From positions 1 through 64,000 of the IMG/VR virus record IMGVR_UViG_3300021961_000063: a DNA stretch of 64,000 nt; one strand, 5' to 3'. Shown here in pieces: positions 10,191 to 21,565 of this stretch; position 1 is the stretch's first letter, and each line of letters opens with the position of its first letter. The notes under the pieces were generated by a model, which had not been told where the DNA came from, made no database searches, and was given only the letters and a program-made list of their open reading frames with translations. Source of the stretch: a virus. The position numbers were made by a program, and so were the translations under genes.

Positions 10191-12602
10191 ATGGCAGACG
10201 AATTTAAAGGCATAAACCAACAAACTTTAAAAAATGTTGAGGCTGTAAAAAGCTCAATGGCAGAAATAGCCACAGCCTCGGCTAAAGCCAATAAACAATT
10301 AACCGATCAACAACGATTACTTGCAGACTATAAAAAAAATTATAGTGATATTGCTTCTTCTGCTGGAAAATTTGCTAAATTACAAGATGAAGCCTCTAGA
10401 AGTGCTTCCGCTACTGGAAAAGCCCTTAAAGAACAACAGATTCAATTATCTAATATTCGATCTTTAAATGCTCAAATTGAGAATTTAATGGATCAAATGG
10501 TAAAAGCTACTGAAGAAGAAAACAGAGCATTACAAAGACAAGTTAATAACCTTTCCGCTGCTCGAGATAATGCTCGAGAATTAGCTAATGCTTTTGGAGA
10601 ACTAGTAGAGGATTCATCTAAATTAGATAAATCCACAATGTGGTTTTCAGCTCTTTCCCAAGTTGTAAGAGATGTTCCTGGTTTACGAAAATTATCTGAA
10701 CCTTTTGACGCTGCTGCTAAAGCCGCTCGTGAAACAGTTCTTAGTAATGCTAAAAATAAGTCTTTCTTAGAAGAAGCTTTAAAAACAGGTAAGGGTTTAA
10801 CTGCTGAAAAAATTAAAGCATTAGGTCTTGAAAAACAAGCCGCTGGACTTACTGGAACGGCAGCCGCTTCTAGATTAAAAGCAGCTGGTGCTACCACAAA
10901 AATGCAAAGTGCTGGAATAGCTGGAATGCAAGCTGGATTTAAAGCATTAGGTCCTATTATTAAAAGTGCTTTAGGTCCTTTAGCTCTTATTCAAGTAGCC
11001 GTTGATGTTGTAAAGTTCTTTGTAGGTGCAATGTTTGATGCTAATAAACAATCTGTTGATTTAGCACGAAATATACAAGTAACTGCTGAAGGAGGAGCTA
11101 AATATCGTCAATATATAATTGATGGTAAAAATGCAACACAAACTCAATATAAATTAACAAAGGATTTAATTCAATCTGAAGGTGAATTAGCAACATTATC
11201 TGAAGCTTCTCTTGCCTTTTCTTTAGAACAATTAGATGTTCAAACTCAATTAACTAAAGAAGTAAAACTTCAAGCCGGAGAAGCTGCTCAATTAAGTAAG
11301 TTATTTTCTATAAACGGTGAAAGTAGTCAAGAACAATTAGATACTGTTTATGATTCTGTTGCTGAATTTGCCAATCAAAACAAAATACTATTTAATAGTA
11401 AAAAAGTTATGGAAGCTATGTCCAAAGTAAGTGGACAATTATTAGTGTCTTTTAAAGGCAATACTAAAGAATTAGCTAATGCAGTCCAGCAAGCTATGAA
11501 ATTAGGTATTAACTTGCAAACAGCTCAAGGAATATCTAAAAGCATGCTAAATTTTGAAGAATCCATATCTGCAGAATTAGAAGCTGAATTACTTACTGGT
11601 AGAGATATAAATCTTGATAGAGCTCGAGCTTTATCTATGCAAGGAAAGTATGCTGAAGCAGCTGAAGAAGCTTTAAATGCAGTTGGAAGTCTGGAAAGGT
11701 TCCAAGAAATGAATGTTTTTCAACAAGAGGCATTAGCTAAAGCTGCTGGCTTAACCGTTGACCAACTTTCAGATGCTTTAATATTACAAAAATATCAAGG
11801 TACCCAAACAGGTAAACAAATCGAAAGATTTAAAGCAATGGGTATGGAAACTGAAGCCCTTGCTTTAGCCAATGGAGAATTAGTGGGTGAACAATTAAAA
11901 CAAGCAACACAACAATTAAATGCTCAAGAAAAATTTAATATTGCCGTTGAAAGAGCCAAAGAAATATTTACAGATTTAGTAGATGGAGGAGCAATTCAAA
12001 CATTAGCAGATGCTATTCAAGGATTAGCAGATAGTTCTTTATTACAAGGATATGCAGAAGAAGGAAAAGCTAAACGACTTACAAAACAATTAGAAGAAGA
12101 TAAAAAAGGCACAGAAGAAGAAAAAGCTATAGTTAAATTAGCTGAAAATCAAGTAGGTATAGGAGATATGCTATCAAAAGCGGCAAAAGGAGCTTTGGTG
12201 GGTGCGGGAACAGGAGCCACTGTTGGAGCATTTGCCGGTGGTATAGGTGCCATTCCTGGTGCTGTCGGTGGAGCTATGTATGGTGCTGCCGCTGCTTTGG
12301 CTATGGGATTATATGAAAAGGCGCAAGCAAAAGGTGCAGCAAAAGAATCAGATAAAATTAGAGAAAAATATTACCCCGATGAAAATCAACAAATAAAAGC
12401 AAATGATTTTACTATTAGAACCAACCCTGCAGATACTTTAGTAATGGCTGGAGGAACAAAATTTGGAGATGAAACTAATGCTTTATTAAAAGAATTAATA
12501 TCATCTATGAAATCAGGAGGCGATATTTACATAGACTCTACCAAAGTAGGCACCGCCTTAGGTTTAGCTACTTTTAATTCAAACGTGAACTTTAACTCTT
12601 AA
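10191..12602 (+). CDS. Tape measure protein
   Basis: 803 aa Ala/Gln-rich helical protein, LNFEESISAELEAELLTG repeat-type motif, Gly/Ala-rich hydrophobic segments; position after the chaperone. Confidence 0.88.
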   Translation: MADEFKGINQQTLKNVEAVKSSMAEIATASAKANKQLTDQQRLLADYKKNYSDIASSAGKFAKLQDEASRSASATGKALKEQQIQLSNIRSLNAQIENLMDQMVKATEEENRALQRQVNNLSAARDNARELANAFGELVEDSSKLDKSTMWFSALSQVVRDVPGLRKLSEPFDAAAKAARETVLSNAKNKSFLEEALKTGKGLTAEKIKALGLEKQAAGLTGTAAASRLKAAGATTKMQSAGIAGMQAGFKALGPIIKSALGPLALIQVAVDVVKFFVGAMFDANKQSVDLARNIQVTAEGGAKYRQYIIDGKNATQTQYKLTKDLIQSEGELATLSEASLAFSLEQLDVQTQLTKEVKLQAGEAAQLSKLFSINGESSQEQLDTVYDSVAEFANQNKILFNSKKVMEAMSKVSGQLLVSFKGNTKELANAVQQAMKLGINLQTAQGISKSMLNFEESISAELEAELLTGRDINLDRARALSMQGKYAEAAEEALNAVGSLERFQEMNVFQQEALAKAAGLTVDQLSDALILQKYQGTQTGKQIERFKAMGMETEALALANGELVGEQLKQATQQLNAQEKFNIAVERAKEIFTDLVDGGAIQTLADAIQGLADSSLLQGYAEEGKAKRLTKQLEEDKKGTEEEKAIVKLAENQVGIGDMLSKAAKGALVGAGTGATVGAFAGGIGAIPGAVGGAMYGAAAALAMGLYEKAQAKGAAKESDKIREKYYPDENQQIKANDFTIRTNPADTLVMAGGTKFGDETNALLKELISSMKSGGDIYIDSTKVGTALGLATFNSNVNFNS

Positions 12603-12624
12603 ATATTTATAACAAAATACAATT

Positions 12625-12897
12625 ATGGGACTCAAAGAAAAATTACAAACTAAAGGCTCTACCTTAAGTACTTATGATGGAGGTACTCCTCCAACAAACC
12701 CCGGAGCCACTAAATCTTCAAAATTACACGCTTTTGGAGACACCGCAGGATATTCCCTAAACGGAGCATATTCTCAAGAAGTAAATTCAGCGTATAATGC
12801 TTATTTGGATGGTGTTCCAAATCCCTTGCCACAACCTTCAACATTGGATTTAAATGGAAAAACCCCTTCTAAGTATTTAGACAATTTACCGGAATAA
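12625..12897 (+). CDS. Small virion/baseplate-associated protein
   Basis: Late motif upstream; lies within the tail module. Confidence 0.55.
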   Translation: MGLKEKLQTKGSTLSTYDGGTPPTNPGATKSSKLHAFGDTAGYSLNGAYSQEVNSAYNAYLDGVPNPLPQPSTLDLNGKTPSKYLDNLPE

Positions 12898-14834
12898 TGG
12901 GTTTATTAACCTTACTAACAGAACCAAAAAACTTTAAATTTTACACTGGAAAAGGATATTCCGGTGATGGGAATACTATTGGTCTAAAAAGCCTTAGATA
13001 TGGCAATGACCGATTAGGAGGAGCAAATAGTGGCCAGCCTTATATTCAAGTAGGCATTCCCGATGATATTTCTTCATATATAGGAACTACCGATTATATT
13101 AATCGTGGAGGTATTAACGTTGTAAGAGATTCATTAGTAGATGTTGAACGTTTAGGTAAAATGTTCGCTGATACTAGATCTCCAAATGGTATATTTTTTA
13201 TATCAAAACAAAATCTTCTTTCTAGAACAGCAGTTAAAACTCAAACTAGTGGTAGATTACTAAATGAAGGAATATATTCTCCTTTATCTACTTTAGCTCA
13301 AGCTGGAGTAGTAGCTTTTGGAGGTCATTTAAATAAACAAGGATTAAATCCTTTTGCTAGTACAGGAGCTTATTCTAATAACGATAACTTATACGGAGTT
13401 AAGATAAAAAATGATCAACCAACAGATGAAAATAGATTAGTAAATTTATTTAATTCTATTGTAAAAGATGATCCTATTTCAAAATTTGGAGGCACAAGAG
13501 GCACTACTTTAAATCCTGGAGGAAATAATGGTGGTATCCTAATCACATATTCAGGAGGACCAGGTTCTACTTTAGGTGTAGGATCTACTGATATAAGAAA
13601 AGCAAAAACCTTTTATGATGTTTCTTTAGCTTCTCCAAAAAACAACTATTCATATAGTCAAAATACTTGGGTATTTAATTCTAATTTATTACTTACTCCT
13701 TACGTATACGAAACACTCCCCCCAGTTGTTACAACTAATGCTTCGGATACAACCGAAGGTTCTTTAGCCTCTCCAAAAATCCAAGATTTTAGAGCTTTAT
13801 TAAGAACAAAACTTCAAGGTGAGGAATTAACAAAAGCAAAACAAAGTGGAGCTGTAGCTGAAGCTCCTAGCTATAACTCAAAAAATGTTGATTTAAGAAC
13901 AAATCAAGGCCAACCAGGACAAAGAGCAAATAAAAGCTATTATGATTATAGTAAAGGCGTTATTAGTACAGCTACCAATACTTCTTACTATGGTACCGGT
14001 TCTATTGGGGATTTAGGTTCATATAAAAGAGGTTTAGATAAAATAAATTCTTTACCCATTTATAGAAGTGAAGTGGCATCTACAGATAGTGAATTAAATG
14101 ATTTAGTTAATTTTAGAATTGCTGTTATAGATAATGATTCACCTAGTTTTAAAACATTCTTACATTTTAGAGCATTTCTAGGCAGTGTTCAGGATTCTTA
14201 TAATGCTCAGTGGAATGGATTTAATTATTTAGGAAGAGGTGAACAATTTTATACTTATGGTGGGTTTACTAGACAAATGTCGTTATCTTGGACAATTGCC
14301 GCTCAATCAAAAGAAGAACTTATGCCTATGTATAGAAAATTAAACTATTTAGCCTCAACTTTAACTCCTAATTACAGTGATAACTATGGGTTTATGAGAG
14401 GTAACTTAGTTCAATTAACTATAGGAGGTTATGTTTATGAACAACCTGGATTTATAACATCTTTAAGTTTTGACATTCAAGAAGATACTCCTTGGGAAAT
14501 AGGAATTAACACACAGGGAAATACAGACACTTCAGTTAAACAACTCCCCCATATTATAAGAGTAAGCGGATTTAGCTTTACACCAATCCAAAGATTCTTA
14601 CCAGAAAAACAAAGATTAACCTTTGTAAATACTGGTGGTACTAGTAGTTTAGATACTAGTGATGATACCGGATTTGTTAATAATTATGGAGCACAAAGAT
14701 ATATTTCATTACAGGATAGTGATACCTCTGGATATAATACATCCTTTGAACAAGCAGCAGCCCAAGAAACAACCCCAGAAGAAATCCAACAAACAATATA
14801 CCAAGTAAATAACTACCCGGGGGGACCAAATTAA
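12897..14834 (+). CDS. Baseplate/tail tube initiator-like structural protein
   Basis: C-terminal FRAFL...W....YLGRGE.FY.Y.GF.R and LTIGGYVYEQPGFITSL, typical of tube-initiator domains; synteny. Confidence 0.65.
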   Translation: MGLLTLLTEPKNFKFYTGKGYSGDGNTIGLKSLRYGNDRLGGANSGQPYIQVGIPDDISSYIGTTDYINRGGINVVRDSLVDVERLGKMFADTRSPNGIFFISKQNLLSRTAVKTQTSGRLLNEGIYSPLSTLAQAGVVAFGGHLNKQGLNPFASTGAYSNNDNLYGVKIKNDQPTDENRLVNLFNSIVKDDPISKFGGTRGTTLNPGGNNGGILITYSGGPGSTLGVGSTDIRKAKTFYDVSLASPKNNYSYSQNTWVFNSNLLLTPYVYETLPPVVTTNASDTTEGSLASPKIQDFRALLRTKLQGEELTKAKQSGAVAEAPSYNSKNVDLRTNQGQPGQRANKSYYDYSKGVISTATNTSYYGTGSIGDLGSYKRGLDKINSLPIYRSEVASTDSELNDLVNFRIAVIDNDSPSFKTFLHFRAFLGSVQDSYNAQWNGFNYLGRGEQFYTYGGFTRQMSLSWTIAAQSKEELMPMYRKLNYLASTLTPNYSDNYGFMRGNLVQLTIGGYVYEQPGFITSLSFDIQEDTPWEIGINTQGNTDTSVKQLPHIIRVSGFSFTPIQRFLPEKQRLTFVNTGGTSSLDTSDDTGFVNNYGAQRYISLQDSDTSGYNTSFEQAAAQETTPEEIQQTIYQVNNYPGGPN

Positions 14835-14855
14835 GGTTGAGAAAATTAATAAAAA

Positions 14856-15179
14856 ATGAATAGATATCAAAACATACCAAAAACTAGGATTGACAAAAAT
14901 TTAGCGTATGTCACCTCTCGTTATCCTGAAGTACCTATTACTTCAAATGATATCTATGTTTATACAACTCAAGGAGATAGATTTGACGTATTAGCACAAC
15001 AATATTATGGGGATAGTTCATTATGGTGGGTTATTTCTGTAGCCAATACTGGAAATCCAAGTGCAAATACATCTCCTAGTTTACCACAAAATTCATTAGT
15101 TATACCTGAAGGCATTCAATTAAGAATTCCGGCTTATCCCAATGCCGTAGTTGATGCTTTTAATACAATAAATTCATAA
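14856..15179 (+). CDS. LysM-like baseplate protein (gp53/TailX-like)
   Basis: GDRFDVLAQQYYGDSSLWWVISVAN...LRIP. Confidence 0.8.
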   Translation: MNRYQNIPKTRIDKNLAYVTSRYPEVPITSNDIYVYTTQGDRFDVLAQQYYGDSSLWWVISVANTGNPSANTSPSLPQNSLVIPEGIQLRIPAYPNAVVDAFNTINS

Positions 15180-15180
15180 T

Positions 15181-18100
15181 ATGAGTAACCTAATAGGAGA
15201 AAATTTAGACAGTTATGTTGTTTCTCAAATTAAAACTAGGGAAACAATTTTAGGTTCTGCTAATAGAACTAATGAACAAATTATATGGGAAAATAATAAA
15301 AACGGATGGGTAAAACTTGTATCCTCTGCTAATATACATTCACCCCTTTCTGCTAAATATGGTGGAGGAAGTGAATTAGCTAAAAAATACGTCCTATTTA
15401 ATGGTGTCTCTAATGGATTTAATAATACTAGAGCTGGTTTAGATATTAGTGGACCTAAAACAAACCAAGGAGCTTACGGATTAGGAGGTCCTGAATTTGG
15501 TTTTGCCCCAATGCCCGGTATTATGTCTGCTGACATAAAAACAGAAACTAGAGGTACATTAAAAACAGGTACTGTTCAAATTAAAGCTAATAATAAAGAA
15601 CAATTTGAAATAATAAGTACCCTTTATATAAGATTAGGTTATTTAATGCTTTTAGAGTGGGGACATAGTTGTTATTTTGAAGACACTAATACTTTCATCA
15701 GTGATAATTCGGCTACATTAGCTAGTGGATTTTTAAAAGGAAAACTTTCATATCATACCATTTTATCTAAAATTGAAGCTAAACGAGCTGAAACTAAAGG
15801 TAACTACGATGCTTTATGTGGTAAAGTAGTTAATTACAACTGGAAATTCAATAAAGATGGTTCCTATGATATAACCCTTATTTTAAGAAGCACAGGAGAT
15901 ATAATTGAATCTTTAAAATCCAACTTACTTAACCCAAAAACACAAGAATCAAATCAACGTGAAATCAATTTAACATCAGGAGAATCAACAAGTGGTTTTG
16001 ATGCTATAGATCCTGATAGAGGATATATTTCTCCTAATTCTATCATCAATGCTTTTGCTTATTCTAGCGTTATAGGTAATCAGTTTGCGCATGAAATGTA
16101 TTTATTTGGACAAGAGGCTGCTAACCGAAAAAAGAACGGAATGCAATCACGAGAGGGAAATTGGGGAAATGGTATAAAACATATAGATTACGTTGCTCAA
16201 GAATGGTATGTATCTGGTAAAAGAGTTGATTATTATGTTAGATTTGGAGAATTTTTAGATTTTTTAAAAAATAATGTTATTCCTACAACTGATGGTGTAC
16301 CGTTAATGAATTTTGGTGATATTAATAGTACCTCTATTGTGTGTTATAAACCTCCTAGAATAGTTCCTGTTAACCCGGATATTTGTATATGGAGACAGGA
16401 AATTCAAGATTATATTTTCTTTCCGGAATGTGAACCATGCGTTTTTGATAATAAAATACGATTAATGTATGTTTATATTAATTTTGTTTATGTTCTAAGA
16501 TGTATTGAAAACTTAAAAAACGATAAAGGTGAATTAAAAATTATTGATTTACTAAACTCTATATGTAAAGGTTTCAACCAATCAACAGGAAATTATAGTA
16601 AAGTAACTGCTAGAGTAAATTTAGAAAATAACCAAGTAGTTTTTATTGACGAAAACAGAATCCCAGGAGGAGATAAAACAACAGGTATATTTAATGTATA
16701 TGGTGTACAACCTGGAGTCTATGGTAGTTTCATAAGAGATATAAATTTACAAACTGCTATTACTCCTGAATTAGCTACTATGATTACTATTGGTTCTACT
16801 GCTAGAGGATATACTACAGGAACCGATGCTACTTTTTTATCAAACCTAAACAAAGGAACCTCAGCACGAATTTCAACAGATATTTCTAGTCCTGACAAGG
16901 AGGCTGACAAGGAATCAAAAACCGATACTCTTTATTCTGATGCTGTTTCTTTATATAATGATTATGTAGGATATACTTCTGTGTATTATCCTAGTGGAAG
17001 TACTAATTTTGTAGAAGCCCCAGTTTATGATGCTACACTATATCAGAATATGCCAGGGGCAATGCGTCAATTAGTAGAATATGATGAACAATTAGCTACT
17101 AGACAAGCTGCTAAAAAAGATGGAAAATATGCTGGTTCTCCAAGTACTGGATTTTTACCTTTTAATTTATCTTTAACTATGGATGGATTATCTGGTCCTA
17201 AAATTTATAGCAAGTACAGTATTAACCAATCCTTTTTACCAAGTAACTATCCTGAAACTATGGATTTTATTGTTACAGGAGTAACAAATAATATTTCTAA
17301 TAATGTTTGGACTACTACTCTAAATTCAATGGCCGTTCCTGGTTATAGTGTAGTTTCCTCTCCCCCAGGCAAAATACCAGAACCTCCTACTAAACCTCCA
17401 ATTCCAAACTTCCTTGGTCCCGTAAATAGAGAAGGCTGTAAACCTTTTGTTCGAAAAACCCTTGCGCTAATGCCCAATATTTGGCCCAATGGTCAACAAA
17501 ATGATAGTGTATGGGATGTTCAATTTTTAAGAAAAAATATTGTTGAAATAGCTTCAAAATATGTTGGTCAGGTATGTCTTATTGATGAAAATGTTGGTCA
17601 GGGTCGTATAGGATTTTGTGATCCTGCTTTTGAACAAGAAATGGTAGATATTGGGTGGAGACAAGGTGATCATTGGTGTAATACTTTTGCCGCTTTAATT
17701 TATAAAAAAGCCTATCAATCAACTAGAGTAGAAAATGGCCTTAATGTTGTTATTGATAAAGCTTTTGGTCATACTTTTAATATAGCGGTAAACAAGTTTT
17801 TTAATATAATGAATGCCGGTGTGATATCTACGGTTACTCGATACCAGGCTTTACAAAAAGAATTATCTAAAAATGGAACAACAGCTTCATTTGTGTGGGC
17901 ACCTTACAAATCAGACCTAAACAAATTAGTACCTGGAGATGTAGTATTTTGGAAAAGAGGAGATAACACTTATGGTCATATCAACATATGCGTTGCTGTA
18001 GATTATGTTGCTAGAACCTTCCAAACTATTGGAGGTAACGAAGGCCCTGGTTCTCAAGTTTCTTTTACGTTATATAAGATGGATAATGCTTCAATAGCAG

Positions 18101-18234
18101 GTATAGCTAAACCTATTAAGACAAATGAACCAGTACAGGGTACTTTCACTATAGCTACTCTTGAAAGTTTAACTGGAAAAATCGAGGTTGGTAGTAGACA
18201 ATACCAATTCTATAACTCAGAACCAACTACTTAA
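15181..18234 (+). CDS. Baseplate hub protein with a C-terminal CHAP-like peptidoglycan hydrolase domain
   Basis: PMPGI, LEWGHS hub motifs; Pro-rich linker; C-terminal HWCNTFA...PGDVVFW...GHINI...TIGGN. Confidence 0.72.
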   Translation: MSNLIGENLDSYVVSQIKTRETILGSANRTNEQIIWENNKNGWVKLVSSANIHSPLSAKYGGGSELAKKYVLFNGVSNGFNNTRAGLDISGPKTNQGAYGLGGPEFGFAPMPGIMSADIKTETRGTLKTGTVQIKANNKEQFEIISTLYIRLGYLMLLEWGHSCYFEDTNTFISDNSATLASGFLKGKLSYHTILSKIEAKRAETKGNYDALCGKVVNYNWKFNKDGSYDITLILRSTGDIIESLKSNLLNPKTQESNQREINLTSGESTSGFDAIDPDRGYISPNSIINAFAYSSVIGNQFAHEMYLFGQEAANRKKNGMQSREGNWGNGIKHIDYVAQEWYVSGKRVDYYVRFGEFLDFLKNNVIPTTDGVPLMNFGDINSTSIVCYKPPRIVPVNPDICIWRQEIQDYIFFPECEPCVFDNKIRLMYVYINFVYVLRCIENLKNDKGELKIIDLLNSICKGFNQSTGNYSKVTARVNLENNQVVFIDENRIPGGDKTTGIFNVYGVQPGVYGSFIRDINLQTAITPELATMITIGSTARGYTTGTDATFLSNLNKGTSARISTDISSPDKEADKESKTDTLYSDAVSLYNDYVGYTSVYYPSGSTNFVEAPVYDATLYQNMPGAMRQLVEYDEQLATRQAAKKDGKYAGSPSTGFLPFNLSLTMDGLSGPKIYSKYSINQSFLPSNYPETMDFIVTGVTNNISNNVWTTTLNSMAVPGYSVVSSPPGKIPEPPTKPPIPNFLGPVNREGCKPFVRKTLALMPNIWPNGQQNDSVWDVQFLRKNIVEIASKYVGQVCLIDENVGQGRIGFCDPAFEQEMVDIGWRQGDHWCNTFAALIYKKAYQSTRVENGLNVVIDKAFGHTFNIAVNKFFNIMNAGVISTVTRYQALQKELSKNGTTASFVWAPYKSDLNKLVPGDVVFWKRGDNTYGHINICVAVDYVARTFQTIGGNEGPGSQVSFTLYKMDNASIAGIAKPIKTNEPVQGTFTIATLESLTGKIEVGSRQYQFYNSEPTT

Positions 18235-18245
18235 TGTATTAAAAG

Positions 18246-18881
18246 ATGGCCTATTATCCAAAATCCCAAATAAAAACAAACTTATACACTAATGGTACCC
18301 TCTTTGTTTTGTATTCTGGAGCACCTTACGTAGGATATTACTATAAAACCTCAAAAGGCCAATTCTTTTCAGGCAAAACCCCTCAAGATTTACCCCAATT
18401 TGAATTAACAGACAAAACGGATCAACCTATAGGAGGATTTCCCCAACAACAAAACCCACTATTTGACTCTCAATTTACCGAATATAATTATTCTTCATCT
18501 TTTCAAACTTTTGGGGAATATAATGCTTCTGTTTACCCTCAGTATAATCTAGAGTTTTTGAAACCAACTCCCTCTAGCATAAGCCCAAAACCAACCCCAG
18601 AAGAATATAAAATTGGAGAATTTAGAAGGTATTTTCTTAAAAAAACAAACCAAATACAATATATTGAAGTAAATAAAACTACATTTAATAGCATTGTTAA
18701 AAAAGAACCAACATATGATTGGACGCTATATTATCCTTTTTTTATAACGTGGCAATTAACAGGGAACAAAGAAAAAGTAGCTGAAGTAAATAGAAATATT
18801 ACTTTATTAGCTATGAAAAATCAAAAATTACCTCATTTAGATGAGTATCTCCAATATAATTGGACAAAATATTACCAATAA
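18246..18881 (+). CDS. Tail/baseplate-associated structural protein
   Basis: End of the tail operon; Y.GYY...G..F.G motif. Confidence 0.5.
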   Translation: MAYYPKSQIKTNLYTNGTLFVLYSGAPYVGYYYKTSKGQFFSGKTPQDLPQFELTDKTDQPIGGFPQQQNPLFDSQFTEYNYSSSFQTFGEYNASVYPQYNLEFLKPTPSSISPKPTPEEYKIGEFRRYFLKKTNQIQYIEVNKTTFNSIVKKEPTYDWTLYYPFFITWQLTGNKEKVAEVNRNITLLAMKNQKLPHLDEYLQYNWTKYYQ

Positions 18882-18927
18882 TTTGGTATTATAAAATCCC
18901 AATATTATATTGATATCAATCAAGGTT

Positions 18928-20217
18928 ATGTTTTGGTTGATAGAGACAGAAGAGCAATTGGATTATTTAAAACAAAAGCCAATACAAGAGGCATTTGTTG
19001 AAATTATTCCGTATCATGACAACGTTCATCCCGCTATTAATGGGTTGTCTCTAGTGTATATTAGACCGTTTAATGACACGAAAGGTTATATGTTATGTGT
19101 TGACCATAGTGAGGGTTTCTCGCTTAATAAAACGGTTATAGACGGTATACTACAAGATATAGAGCGTATATGGGTACGCGATAAAAAATCGGCATTATAT
19201 TATTTTCCAATTAAAAGCTTGCTCGACCTATCCATAATCTCTCCTACGTATATACAAGATCCCCCACAAGCACATACCTATTTTTACTCCAAATATCCGG
19301 ATTATCCGAATACTAATAAACTTGTGCCAATCACTAAGCACTATGAAAGGTGTCAACATATGTATGAGCACGTTCGTAGTGTAATCCCCCAAGAATTACC
19401 ACCCTATTTTGATTTTTACAACAACAAGGTAGTATTGGCATTCTTTGGAATTGAAAAGAACGGAATTAATATAGATAAAAATACATTTGACAAACACTAT
19501 GAACCAAACCGCGAATTTTATTCAGTCAAAGACAATCGAGTATTTACCAGTTACAATCTATCTACAACAACTCGTAGACCAAGTAACTCTTTCAATGGCA
19601 TTAATTTTGCCGCTTTAAATAAAGAAAATGGCTCAAGGAGAAGCTACATATCGAAGTATGGATTCGTGGAGTTCGATATTAGTGCATACCATCCCCATCT
19701 TGCTGCTCGTTTGGTTGCCATGGATTTTCATGGACAAGACGTACACCAAACATTCGCGAACCTCTATGGTGTCACATACAAAGAAGCAAAAGAGCTCACG
19801 TTTAAGCAGCTCTATGGTGGAGTATTTAAAGAGTACGCGCATCTGGAATTTTTTCAAAAAGTAAGTAAATTTATTGACGAAAACTGGAAGGAGTTTAACA
19901 GTTCGGGGAAAGTTATTGTGCCGATTTCGGGATATGTTTTTGAAAAGGACAAGCTGGATAATATGAATCCGCAGAAACTTTTTAATTATATGTTACAGAA
20001 TGTGGAGTCGGCAGTCAACACTTACATTTTGATGGACATTCATAGATTGTTGAAAGGTAAACAGACAAAAATAGTATTATATACGTACGATTCGTTTTTA
20101 TTTGAATTAGGAAAAGACGAAAAAGATATTGAAATTGAGATACAAAAAATATTTGAAAAATATAAATTAATGACAAAAAGCAGTTATGGAAACAATTATG
20201 ACTTTGGAGCAAACTAG
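18928..20217 (+). CDS. Compact family A DNA polymerase (no 5' nuclease; degenerate 3'-5' exonuclease)
   Basis: TTTRRPSN, motif A EFDISAYHP, motif B KELTFKQLYGG, motif C YTYDSFLF; start moved to the ATG after AAGGTT. Confidence 0.85.
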   Translation: MFWLIETEEQLDYLKQKPIQEAFVEIIPYHDNVHPAINGLSLVYIRPFNDTKGYMLCVDHSEGFSLNKTVIDGILQDIERIWVRDKKSALYYFPIKSLLDLSIISPTYIQDPPQAHTYFYSKYPDYPNTNKLVPITKHYERCQHMYEHVRSVIPQELPPYFDFYNNKVVLAFFGIEKNGINIDKNTFDKHYEPNREFYSVKDNRVFTSYNLSTTTRRPSNSFNGINFAALNKENGSRRSYISKYGFVEFDISAYHPHLAARLVAMDFHGQDVHQTFANLYGVTYKEAKELTFKQLYGGVFKEYAHLEFFQKVSKFIDENWKEFNSSGKVIVPISGYVFEKDKLDNMNPQKLFNYMLQNVESAVNTYILMDIHRLLKGKQTKIVLYTYDSFLFELGKDEKDIEIEIQKIFEKYKLMTKSSYGNNYDFGAN

Positions 20218-20221
20218 ACAT

Positions 20222-20650
20222 ATGTATAAGGGATACGATTTTGATCTAACCAATACAACAGACGTGAATAATAAGTTATTTTGTACTTTTACTAGTTTAG
20301 CAGATTTAGATACACTAGTAGATGGAATTACAAGCTCCTACTCTATAATGTATAACAAGATGTTTGTTTTGTACGTAAAAAGTACAGACGAATATGTTAT
20401 TACTTATAATGTAGAACAAGGCAACGTAAGTGATATTCCTGAAAATACTATTTTAGTACATAGAAAGAAAGATTCTAATACACTCTATACTATCAATGCT
20501 CTAAATGAGTTGATTAAAAAATTAAATGGTGGTGTTGTTGACCCATCTTATAGAGTAAATTGGCAACATTATAGAAACTGTATTTTGTTAACCAACCATA
20601 ACGAGTTGAAACAATTGAATACAAAAATCTATAAGATTGTTGAACTTTAA
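20222..20650 (+). CDS. Phage hypothetical protein (replication module)
   Basis: LFCTFT...ILVHRKKDSNTLYTINALN; start uncertain (20186, 20222 or 20263). Confidence 0.6.
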   Translation: MYKGYDFDLTNTTDVNNKLFCTFTSLADLDTLVDGITSSYSIMYNKMFVLYVKSTDEYVITYNVEQGNVSDIPENTILVHRKKDSNTLYTINALNELIKKLNGGVVDPSYRVNWQHYRNCILLTNHNELKQLNTKIYKIVEL

Positions 20651-20706
20651 CTTGGTTTTATAACCTCCCCTTCTTACATTCCCATCGAAACTTAATTACA
20701 AGATTT

Positions 20707-21552
20707 ATGGATATTAATGCTATTAAACAACGACTAAATGCTTTACAGTCGACCGGAAACTCAGGCAAGAAAGAAAAAATCGATTACACAAAAGTTTATT
20801 GGAAACCAAGGGAAGAAGGAAAGTACCAAATTCGTATTGTACCTTCAAAATTGGATCCCCAAAATCCTTTTAAAGAGTGTTTCGTACACTATGGATTCGC
20901 TAAGTACCCTATCTTTGCTTTGACTAATTGGGGTGAAAAAGACCCTGTTGTAGAATTTGCTTCTCAACTTCGTAAAACTAATGACAAGGAAAACTGGTCT
21001 TTGGCTAAAAAAATCGAGCCAAAAATGCGAGTTTATGCTCCTGTTGTAGTACGTGGTGAAGAAGAAAAAGGCGTACGCCTTTGGGAATTTGGTAAAGAAA
21101 TTTACATGCAATTGTTAGGAATTGCTGATGATGAGGATTATGGTGATTTCACTGATGTTAACGAAGGTCGCGACTTTACAGTTGAGGCCGTTAAAGGTGA
21201 TATTGCTGGACGTATTGGTTTGAAAACTTCAATCCGTATCAAACCTAAAACAACTCCTTTGAGTGCTGATGCTTCACAAATTGAAACTTTCCTTTCAGAA
21301 CAACCAAACATTTTGGAACTCCAGCGTCAACGTACCTATGAGGAATTAAAAGAAATTCTCCAAAATTGGTTGTCACCTGAAGAGCCAGAAGAAGGTTCAA
21401 TTATCGATGATGAAAATGAGCCTGAAGTAGAAGAAGCAGTAACAGCAAATGCTAAAGCTTATACTTTAAAACAGCCTTTGGCTCCTAAAGCAACAAAAGC
21501 AGATCAATTTGATTCTTTGTTTGAAGACGAAGATGATGGTTTGCCTTTCTAA
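20707..21552 (+). CDS. Single-stranded DNA-binding protein (T4 gp32-like)
   Basis: WKP..G...IRIVP, D.TDVNEGRDF, acidic C-terminus ending DDGLPF. Confidence 0.85.
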   Translation: MDINAIKQRLNALQSTGNSGKKEKIDYTKVYWKPREEGKYQIRIVPSKLDPQNPFKECFVHYGFAKYPIFALTNWGEKDPVVEFASQLRKTNDKENWSLAKKIEPKMRVYAPVVVRGEEEKGVRLWEFGKEIYMQLLGIADDEDYGDFTDVNEGRDFTVEAVKGDIAGRIGLKTSIRIKPKTTPLSADASQIETFLSEQPNILELQRQRTYEELKEILQNWLSPEEPEEGSIIDDENEPEVEEAVTANAKAYTLKQPLAPKATKADQFDSLFEDEDDGLPF

Positions 21553-21565
21553 TTAAATTAAATTT